Below, in pieces: positions 24,714-34,944 of a DNA stretch of 44,426 nucleotides (within the stretch, counting starts at the first letter, position 1; the number at the start of each line of letters is the position of its first letter). Below the pieces are notes generated by a model, which saw only the letters and a list, made by a program, of their open reading frames with translations, was not told the DNA's origin and did no database searches. Position numbers and translations under genes: made by a program. Source of the stretch: Octopus bimaculoides (lineage: Eukaryota); assembly GCF_001194135.2 (NCBI RefSeq), contig NC_069008.1:4402597-4447022 (forward strand). Direction: 5' to 3'.

Positions 24714-25636
24714 NNNNNNNNNNNNNNNNNNNNNNNNNNNNNNNNNNNNNNNNNNNNNNNNNNNNNNNNNNNNNNNNNNNNNNNNNNNNNNNNNNNNNNN
24801 NNNNNNNNNNNNNNNNNNNNNNNNNNNNNNNNNNNNNNNNNNNNNNNNNNNNNNNNNNNNNNNNNNNNNNNNNNNNNNNNNNNNNNNNNNNNNNNNNNNN
24901 NNNNNNNNNNNNNNNNNNNNNNNNNNNNNNNNNNNNNNNNNNNNNNNNNNNNNNNNNNNNNNNNNNNNNNNNNNNNNNNNNNNNNNNNNNNNNNNNNNNN
25001 NNNNNNNNNNNNNNNNNNNNNNNNNNNNNNNNNNNNNNNNNNNNNNNNNNNNNNNNNNNNNNNNNNNNNNNNNNNNNNNNNNNNNNNNNNNNNNNNNNNN
25101 NNNNNNNNNNNNNNNNNNNNNNNNNNNNNNNNNNNNNNNNNNNNNNNNNNNNNNNNNNNNNNNNNNNNNNNNNNNNNNNNNNNNNNNNNNNNNNNNNNNN
25201 NNNNNNNNNNNNNNNNNNNNNNNNNNNNNNNNNNNNNNNNNNNNNNNNNNNNNNNNNNNNNNNNNNNNNNNNNNNNNNNNNNNNNNNNNNNNNNNNNNNN
25301 NNNNNNNNNNNNNNNNNNNNNNNNNNNNNNNNNNNNNNNNNNNNNNNNNNNNNNNNNNNNNNNNNNNNNNNNNNNNNNNNNNNNNNNNNNNNNNNNNNNN
25401 NNNNNNNNNNNNNNNNNNNNNNNNNNNNNNNNNNNNNNNNNNNNNNNNNNNNNNNNNNNNNNNNNNNNNNNNNNNNNNNNNNNNNNNNNNNNNNNNNNNN
25501 NNNNNNNNNNNNNNNNNNNNNNNNNNNNNNNNNNNNNNNNNNNNNNNNNNNNNNNNNNNNNNNNNNNNNNNNNNNTTATTTATTTTTTCTCGCATCTTTT
25601 TTCGTGAATGTGTTTGACTGAGAGATAGATAGATAA

Positions 25637-25668
<32 letters not shown>

Positions 25669-25746
25669 TGTGTGTTATCAGAGAGAGAGAGAGGTGTCTT
25701 GCTCTCTGTGTGTGAGTGAGAGTGTGTGTCACTGTGTGTGTGAGAC

Positions 25747-27456
25747 TACGGCTCGCAAAAAAAAAACCGATAATTCCCAAAACTGAGTTTAAGTAATCGT
25801 CCAAACCGGTTTTCGCGGATTTAGAGCGGTGTCCCTGCAACGAAGAAGTTTGTCGTATATTATGTTTTGTTTATATACATATACAGAGAAAGAGAGAAAG
25901 TAACACGTTGACTGATATCCACAAATATGTTGATAGTGCCTGTATTTGTATCTATGTGCAAACAATAACAAAAAATAATGGTATTATATTTATTTAATCA
26001 GGAATGCAACGTTTTTCGTTGTATTTTTGAGAATCAATCAAGTTTCTTGACTTGCTTGTTGATTCGCTCTTACAAAATTTCATTTTTTGTAGGAGATTTA
26101 CGGAAAAGTTTTGAAAATTTTCTTACCTTATTTAAAACTTTGTTGTTAAAATTCAGGTTTTAGCTGGGGAAACAAGCATTTTCGTGAGCCAAATCTGTTT
26201 GAAAAAGTATGTCCTGTTGGCTTATGTCAGCTTCATCATCACTATCGTCTGTTATAGCGATCTCTTCACTTTTTTTTATCAGTCTCATTGGTTGAGGCAA
26301 TATTTTCAATATTTTTTTTTGATAGAGAATGTCGATTACAGACAAATGTATGCAATGTGTGACATTGTTGGTGATCAGATCTTATTTCTTTTCCGAATTT
26401 CATCATCATAGAAGCACCATCCGTCGTACAGCCAACAATATGTATATCCAAATCCAATCCAAATTCACGAAGATGTCCTCTCACAAATTGCTCTGTTCTC
26501 CTGTTATTAAGGGAGCCATGGATCTCAATAAGACCCAACGACCAATGATTGTCTTTGCCATGAGCATTTATGTTCATATATCGTTTATTTTGAATTGATG
26601 TGTATTTATCCAATGTCAATGAGTAGTGAATCCCCAGTGCTATTTCTTTTTCGAAATAATGAATAAGTTCTTCTTTCTTGGTTATGTAATAATTCATTAC
26701 CACATTCCTGACTCCGTTTGCAGATGCTGGTTGTAATTTATCATATTTGCCTCTCTGACTATGAAGATTTCTCTGTATAAAATCGCTTTTGGCGATTGAA
26801 TTGAAAGAGAAACTATCCATAGCAGCTAACTTTGAAACTTCTTCCATTGATTTCTTTGTTAAAAAGTGTTCCATTGTTCTTGTCATTTTCACAGGAGGCT
26901 GGTTTGCATCTTGATTTATGTCGATTTGATGAATCTTCTTCAAGTGCAAGATCAGAGACGTAGTAGATCCTCCAGAAGACTTTATGATCTTATCACACTT
27001 ATTGCATTGAGCTTCATCTTTGTTTTTCCTATCGAAAAAATTCCAAACAGTTGATTTTCTTTTTATCATGCTAGGGCTAATGAAAATAATTAAGAAAAAA
27101 TTTAGTTAATGTTACTTCCTTGAAATGAATCTGAAACTGGTTATTACATATGTTCAACGGGAAAGATCACCTGACTGAAGACTAACAGCATCCCCTTGAC
27201 TTGCTCTGAATAAAGTCGGTTACCTCCAAATTCAAAGAGTCAGCCAGGGGTTAGCGAAGGAAATGACAATGTTGCGATATGTTTCAATGAAACAGACAGC
27301 ACTCTCAACTAAAGGCGACCGACAACAGTTCAGTTAGTTCAGTTTAAAAAAAAATGTTTTGCGAAAACAAAAATAGAAACAGCAAGCATTAAAATCGGTT
27401 TTAGCAAATCCATTTCAGTTTTACTGATCATAATATAAAACTGGTTTCGATCCCTA
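25747..27456 (-). mobile_element. hAT transposon, internally deleted
   Basis: Perfect 8-bp TSD TGTGAGAC (25739-25746, 27457-27464). Degenerate TIRs tacggctcgcaaa / tagggatcgaaac. Contains a BED-finger transposase. Confidence 0.9.
26266..27069 (-). pseudogene. hAT transposase N-terminal part: BED zinc finger plus start of catalytic domain
   Basis: KSTVWNFF...AQCNKCDK...GSTTSLILHLKKIH (BED), SLTLDKYTS (first D region), GCTTDGASMM (second D), and a frameshifted CxxH region. C-terminal dimerisation domain not seen. Confidence 0.9.
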
Positions 27457-27464
27457 TGTGAGAC

Positions 27465-30400
27465 TCTTCTTCTAGTCAGGTATCGCACTATTGCGATACT
27501 GTGGTCATCACGATGTCTTGCCACCTTCTCCTGTCCTCTACCCCATGGACAACTGAGAATAAAGACAATCCTGTGGCTGCGATGTCTTTCAGCCAAGAAG
27601 TGGGTGGTCTGCCTCTTTTACGTCTGCCGTTCACCTTGCCTGTTATGATCGTTCGCTCAAGTCCATCCCGGCGCATGACGTGGCCAAAGAACCGTAGCTT
27701 CCGCCGCATGATGTTTCGACGAAGCGTCATCTTGCAACCGAGCTTTTCTAGTACCCAGTTGTTCGTCCTTCTCTCCGTCCACGACACTCTAAGGATTCTG
27801 CGGTAACACCACATTTCAAAAGCGTTCACTCTTTTCTCGTCTGCCTTCAACATTGTCCACGACTCGCAGCCGTACGTTGCAATAGAGAAAGCGGCAGCCC
27901 GAAGTAGCCTTATCTTCAGCAGCATTGACACGCCATGGTTCTTCCAGATGTTCTCCATATCTTGTACCACTTGCCTCGCTATCGCGAGCATTCTCCGTAT
28001 CTCTGGTGTGCTTCATCCACTGGTGCTGATTGTGGATCCCAAGCACACGAAATCATCCACTTCCTGAATCATCTCTCCGTCTATGGTGAAGTCACCTTGG
28101 TCTGTACTGTACTTATCCACCACCAAGATCTTTGTCTTCTCTACATTCAAGAATAGGTCACTCTGTGCACTTATGTCTTTCACTTGGCGTATCAACTGCA
28201 GCAATTGGTCCTTGCTATTACTTATGAGGGTTGTGTCCTCGGCGTATCTCAGATTGCACAGCCTTTCTCCGCCAATCTGCACACCACCATCGTAGTTCTT
28301 CACCGCTCTTATGATGTTTTCTGCATAGATATTGTACAGATATGGAGACAGAACACATCCCTATCGGACAACCCTCTCCATGCCGAACCACTCAGTGTCA
28401 CCGACGGACGTCCTGACAGATGACTGTTGATCTTGATATAGTCGCGCCAACAGTGCGACTAAGTGTTCAGGAAATTCCATGTCCTTCAGGACGTCCCATA
28501 GCTTGCTGTGTCTCACATAGTCAAAGGCCTTAGAGTAGTCGATGAAACACACGTAAAGTGAGATGTTACATTCCTTAAACTTTTCGATCATCATCCTAAT
28601 GTTGACTATCTGTTCCCTTGTTCCCCTGCCCTTGACGAAGCCGGCTTGTTCCTTAGCGATGACACTGCTATATTTCCGCTGCAGTCTACCTACGATGATT
28701 CGCAGCAGGATCTTGCTTGCGTGGACAATAAGACTGATGGTTCGGTGGTTAGAGCACTCGCGTGGGTTGCCTTTCTTTGATATTGATACGAAGACTGCAC
28801 GACACCAGTCGATCGGCCACTCCACGTCATTCCAGATCTTGACACAATCTCCACAACAGTTCTATCCCAATATCTCCCATCGCCTTCCATACCTCGATGG
28901 GAAGTTCACCCACGCCAGAGCTCTTCCCGTTCTTGGTATGGTACAGCGCCTGCCTCACTTCTTCTTTGAGTGGTTCCTGTTCTCTGTCTTCGGCTACAGC
29001 GAGTGCAGCGGAGAGATCTTCTTGCCTTTCTTCTGTACAAATCGGTGCTGTTTTCCCTCCACCTAGCTTTGATGTCCTCTTCCTCTGTTAGGATGCTACC
29101 TTCTTTATCGTTGATGACGTCACTACGTGGAGTCCATTTCCTCTTTCTACTCAATTCCTTCACCAAACGAAAAACAGACTTGATGTCACCTTTCTGTGAC
29201 GCATCTTCCGCCTCCAGACATATCTGCTTCAGATGGTTCCTCTTGTCCTCTAGTGCCTGTCTGTTGTACTGCTTGTCAAGTTCTCTCCATTCCTGATTTC
29301 CACTTGCTTTTGCTTTCTTCCTTCTTCTTGCGACGTCTAGTGTGTCGTCTGATAGCCACGGCCTCTTCATAGTCCGTCTTTTGGGAATATTCCTCTCCGC
29401 AACTTCCTTTGTGATGTTGACCATTTTCTCCCAAAGTGCGTCTGATCTCCACTCTCCGTTATCGTATGATTGGAGAAGCAGTAGAAATCTATTTTGCATC
29501 TCGACACTGAAAGCCTCCGGGATCTTTGTGATGTCGTACCGTATTGTTTTCGTCTGCTTTCGCCGTGACCTCAGTTGATGATCGCTTCCGCAGTCTGCCC
29601 CTGGTCGTGTCCTTACATTCTTGAGTGCCGACCTCCATCGTCCTTGAATCATGATGTAGTCAATCTGGTTTCGAAACCGGTCTCCTGGACTGGTCCAAGT
29701 GTACAACCTTCTCGGGTGATGCTGGAAGATAGTGTTACCGATGTCTAGGTTGATGGTGATACAAAAGTCAACCAGATCCTGTCCTCTTTCATTCCTCTCC
29801 CCCAACCCGTGTTGGCCCACACTCGAACTGTTGGTAATGCTCTTCCCCACCTTGGCATTCCAATCTCCCATCAAGATAATGACAACTCTCCGTGGAACAT
29901 TGTCCAGTGTCAGCTGAACAACATCATAGAAATCCTGCATTTCTTCTTCACTTGCTTCGCTCGTTGGTGCGTAAACCTGGATGAGTGTAGTGTTTAGTGA
30001 CCCCTCAGTCGTATTCTCTCTTTTTCTCTTTTACTTGTTTTAGTCATTTGACTGCGGCCATGCTGGAGCACCGCCTTTAGTCGAGCGAATCGACCCCAGG
30101 ACTTATTCTTTGTAAGCGTAGTACTTATTCTATCGGTCTCTTTTGCCGAACCGCTAAGCTACGGAGACGTAAATACACCAGTATCGGTTTTCTAGCGATG
30201 TTGGGGGGGGGGACAAACACAGGCACACACACACACACATATATATATACACACATACACACACACATATACGACGAGCTTCTTTCAGTTTCCGTCTACC
30301 AAATCCACTCACAAGGCTTTGGTCGGCCCGAGGCTATAGTAGAAGATGCTTGCCCAAGGTGCCACGCAGTGGGACTGAACCCAGAACCATGTGGTTAGTA

Positions 30401-31310
30401 AGTTGGTAAGCAAGCTACTTACCACACAGCTACTTGTATGGTGACGATTCTGTCATTGACAGGATTGTATCCCATGACTGATGGGGGTCACCTCTCTGGA
30501 CGTCACAATCCCACTCCATTACGTCGACCGATCTCCCTTCCTGAGAAGAAGACTGTGTCTCCACTCTGTGCTGTGAATCTTCCCTGATCGTTCCGCCAGT
30601 GTTCCGACAGCCCGAGGACACTCACTCCGCATCTCTTCATCTCAGATGTTATCACGTTTAGCTTCCCCGTGATGGGTCCTCTGACATTCCATGTGGCAAT
30701 GATCCACTCCTTACGTAGGTGAATACCCCTCTTTTTCATACCAGGACCGTCGGGAGGAAGGTGTCTAGTACTTGGGTTTAACCCACCTCCGTCATCACCT
30801 AGTTGACTAGATGTACTTGGAGAAGCATAAACCTCTTCCGCGGTGACATTTGACACATCTTCAGGCCCGCGGGTCTCACCTTCCAATGTGATATCTGGCA
30901 ATCTAAGGCCTGAAATCATGATAACAATCTCGACTATGTAGTGCGGTAGGTCGTCAGCATCTTCGCACCAGAGTTGAGATCCCTGAACTTTCATGACAGT
31001 TCTTCCGCCCTGAAAGACCGTTGACCGCCATGTCGCAGTTTGTACGCCCTTTAACATAAAGCCGGTGACCACTTGACACAAGGGGAAATGGTTTTCCCCA
31101 TCCTCAACTGGAGTCCACTAGATACATAGTTTGGCCGGCGAGACGACGCCGTTGCCCGGGGTGTGGCCGCTGCTGTGCCAGGCAGTTACTAGGAGCCATA
31201 TGTACGAGCTGAGGCTGATGAGGGGACCAAGGTAGTCAGACCACCCGCGCAGGGCGAGGCGTCTGTCTTCCTACAAAGGTGCTACCCCTCCATCAGTCCT
31301 CCCCCCCCCA
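27465..31310 (-). mobile_element. Near-full-length RTE LINE (APE endonuclease + RT), frameshifted, with nested SINE
   Basis: ATG ~30739: IATWNVR...LGLSEHW, IQVYAPT, ILMGDWNAKVG, YTWTSPGDRFRNQIDYIM, GSDHQL, RTISLIVHASKIL, FIDYSKAFD, YAEDT, YGCESWT...FFGHVMRR. (AAG)n tail at 27465-27473. tgagac on both sides. ~3.4 kb without the SINE. Confidence 0.95.
30015..30432 (-). mobile_element. Full-length SINE family B inserted in the RTE endonuclease coding region
   Basis: Splits ...ACC ATA C|GA CTG AGG..., with a short atac duplication. Confidence 0.9.
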
Positions 31311-31328
31311 TGAGACACCATATTTTTC

Positions 31329-31414
31329 TGTTTCTCAGGCGAATGAGCTTTTTAAATAAAAAAAAAGTGAGACACTATTTAAAAATTTTTAAATGCCCAT
31401 TCGCCTGAGAAACA
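31329..31414. repeat. Short inverted repeat (perfect 15-bp core) around an AT-rich spacer
   Basis: tttctcaggcgaatg 31331-31345 / cattcgcctgagaaa 31398-31412, extendable with mismatches. Confidence 0.85.
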
Positions 31415-32426
31415 CACGTACGCAAATATGTACGTGTATATGGCAGATAATGGGTGTACATATGTGTTTGTGTGTGACCCATTTTAAACATACCTGACAA
31501 CACCTCTCTCTCTCAATCTTTCTCCGTTAATCATTCACTAAAAAAGTAAATAAATAAAATTTATGCTATCACTCGCTCTGCCTCACACACACAACGACAC
31601 ACACTTTCATTCTCTCTCNNNNNNNNNNCAAAAATGATGCGAGGAAAAAAATAAAAAAGGTCTGCTGTTACTCTCTCCCTCACACACACACACACACATC
31701 TTTTCTCGTTCTTCCTCTCTCTCTCTCTCACACACACTTTCTGTCTCGCACCCCCCATCAACATATACACACATCCCTGTCAATTTTTCTCTCCTTTTCA
31801 TTTTATGTTTACTTCAAACGAAATGTGCATTTTCACTCACAAAAATAAATAAAAATTTTTTACGGAATTTACCGAACGCTGTACCTTAAGCTGATCGGGT
31901 CGTTGACAAGTTCGTGAGTTACAACGAAACATAGCCCGCCATTCCTTTGTGATGTGACAAAAACCATAGGTAGCAATAATTTGACACACACCGGATATAG
32001 CCATAGATACACTGACATTTGACACGGTTGTCTTGGTGGTATTAATGCTGGTCATTAAAGGGTTGGTGTTTTGGTGGTGGAGGTGGTAGTGGTTGATGGA
32101 GATGGTGGTGGTGTTCAACGTGTTGGTATTGGTTGTATAGCTTATGTTAGCGATGATGGTAGCGGTGATTGAGGTATTGGGGATGTAGCATAGCTAAATC
32201 TCAACGCAATCACATGGGTCTAGGTTCGATCCCACAGTGGAATCGAAAACAAATGTCTTATTACCACAACAACATCAAGTCAACCTCAGTCTTCTGAGTG
32301 AAACTGGGCAGACGGAAACTGTGTGTGTGGAAGCTTGTAGGATAGACCTATATTTCAAAGATCCAGGCTTGTCCATAGTGTGCCCAACTAGTACAACTTC
32401 AGGATTATGTTAGGGGTACACGTTTT

Positions 32427-33173
32427 GGATCTTGTTCAAAACGGGGGCACCAGTATTTTCTTAACGAAACACTTTGAAACTTGGGACACTGGTACAATGT
32501 GTCATATAAAACATCTTTTTCTCTTAGTCTTCTTAACAAAAAAACGTACATCGCAAGTTATTTCATGTTAAAGTTGTCGTATTTCTGTAATTTCAACCAA
32601 TGACTGACGTCCATTCAGCCGTAAAAATTAAGTGCTGACTACGTAAACAAACGATTATCGGCGGTGATAAAATTATTATTTCCTTGTCAAAAAATGGCTG
32701 AAGCATATTGGCAGTAGCTAATAAACCTTTCTNNNNNNNNNNNNNNNNNNNNNNNNNNNNNNNNNNNNNNNNNNNNNNNNNNNNNNNNNNNNNNNNNNNN
32801 NNNNNNNNNNNNNNNNNNNNNNNNNNNNNNNNNNNNNNNNNNNNNNNNNNNNNNNNAGCAAGTCGGTTAGGGTTAGGGAAAACGAACACACGTGTGTTGC
32901 CTCTGCAAAATGTCAGAAGTAATGGAGATTAAATACGCTTTACACCGCTTAAACTGCCAAAGGAGTAACTATAAACAGCTGAATACTTGTCAGTGATTGG
33001 TTGAAATTATCGAAATAAGACAATTTTTTACATGAAATAAATCCGAATACAAAAATTTTTTTCTGTTCTATAACACAAAATAGATAAGTATACGAAGTTT
33101 GAAAGTCTTTCGGTACCAAAAACACTACATAAAACATAAATGAAAACTGGTGCCCCCGTTTTGAACAAGATCC
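32427..33173. mobile_element. Non-autonomous DNA transposon (MITE), GG-terminal TIRs, 8-bp TSD
   Basis: Perfect 28-bp TIR ggatcttgttcaaaacgggggcaccagt. TSD CACGTTTT at 32419-32426 and 33174-33181. Superfamily (Merlin- or MULE-like) uncertain. Confidence 0.9.
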
Positions 33174-33369
33174 CACGTTTTCCACCTCCAATGCGAGTTT
33201 CCGGGTATATATTTTTTTTCATACTGCAAGTAAATTAAAATAGAACACTGTAGTGAGAGTGAGGTGGGAGAAATTAAGTGTGATGAGGGAAGGTAAGCGA
33301 GAGAGAGGTGGGGAGGGAAGGAGGGAGAAAGAAGGAACAGTAGGGTTAATTGCTCTCATGTCATTCCTT

Positions 33370-33960
33370 AGGTTTCCAGTTGTGAGAGGGTCTCACTGGG
33401 CCCTTTGTAGGCATTTGAACACAGCCAAACATCAACTGTCTCATGGTATCTCATTGGTTATTCAGCCCATTTCTATTACTTCTTCATTTGTGATGTGGTT
33501 GCGCTGGGAAATTCATAGTATGGTTCTAAGGCAAAGTCTGTGAATATTTCTAGTTCTATAAATTCCGGCTGGTGTTTATCCCCATCTCACAGGCATAAGT
33601 TACTGTTGGCATGAAGATAGATGTGTATCTGTGGAGTTAGGCACCTTGATTTATATAAATACATTGTAGTACATTCAGTTCTTCTATTTACCAACCCTGC
33701 CTTTTTGTGTGGGTGTTTGTCATGCAGCATGAGTTATGTATGAGTGATCCAATTTTTCCAGTTGTTACATTTGGATGTTATTTGCCATTTAACATCTACT
33801 TTCCATTATGGCACAAATTGAACAGGTTGACAGGAGCTGGTAAACCAGAAGATTGAATCAAGCTGCAGCATCAGTTTAGTAACATTTCTATGGCTTGGTA
33901 CCATTCCTAAAGCCAACCAGTAAAAAGAACAAAACTTTTGTGTCTGACAGAGAATAAAAT
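33370..33960 (-). mobile_element. Old RTE fragments: C-terminal coding remnant plus degenerate 3' tail
   Basis: IHRLCLRTIL*ISQRNHITNEEV resembles the RTE C-terminus. 33780-33940 resembles the RTE 3' UTR. Confidence 0.55.
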
Positions 33961-34177
33961 CACCTTTCTGGAATAAATAGTGGTAATAAATATTTCTGTG
34001 AGAAACAAAGTTTATTATCATAATGAAAGTACTTACATTTTAGTAACCTAAGTTTTGGCTATGCTTCTGCAATACTTTGATATGAATAAGCATAGTATTG
34101 TAGAACTAAGTCTACTGTACTTATTGAAAATGATACAGTTCTTGGTCTTTACAATGGAATGAGATGATTTGGAGCAG

Positions 34178-34296
34178 CTGAATGGGTGTAGACAATTTGA
34201 CACAGTTGGCTGGGTGTAGACAATTTGACACAGCTGGCTGCTTGTAGACAATTTGACACAGCTGGCTGGGTGTAGACAATTTGACACAGTTGACTG
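34178..34296. repeat. 28-bp minisatellite, ~4 units
   Basis: gggtgtagacaatttgacacagctggct repeated. Confidence 0.95.
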
Positions 34297-34944
34297 GACA
34301 TTCAGCATATTTTCTTGACAGTACTTTTCTGGTGCTGGAGGCAAACACACACATGTGCATGCACAGAAATATACACATACAGATAGAAAGAATGATAGAA
34401 TTATGTAGGTGCCTAATTAACCTATATATAAATGACTATTCAAACTCAGACATAAATATACAGAGAATATTTATGAAAATATACATTTGAGTGTGTGTGT
34501 GAGAAAGAGAGAAATCATTTCTTGGTTTCTTAGTCAGAAATCAAAACCTTAACCTAGATTTTTCTATGAGATCTTTTCCAATGCTTTTGGCATTAGTACT
34601 AAGAAATTTATGAGGTCACATGTTACACTTAGTTTGGTTCCATTGTCTGAGTTTACACTCTATGGCCAAAAGCAGGATAATTTACTTTTCATTGTTCTCC
34701 AACACATTCAGTTTTCCATAAATACAAAGCCTCAGAACATCTAGGGTCAATTATTTTGGCTTCCTCATGCTGTATGTCTTTTGCTTCCTTGCAAGCAGCT
34801 CTTCTTAAAAGACATACATTTTACCAAAGTTGTGCAAGCTCTGTCATTGTTATTCTCCCTTTACCATGGTTAAATGGCTGACTACTACTAACTGCCCCTA
34901 TGTGGAATTCACAAGAAAATAAAAACTCTAATTCTTCTTCATGT

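Noticed and set aside
31837-32190. Thr-rich segment followed by a hydrophobic stretch (...ISGVCQIIATYGFC), suggestive of a GPCR N-terminus
   Set aside because: The Thr-rich part is an ACC-rich simple repeat, there is no clear start codon, and similarity does not continue into a second helix.
34560-34900. Possible old LINE endonuclease-RT linker on the minus strand
   Set aside because: Only vague similarity, with many stops and no diagnostic motif.
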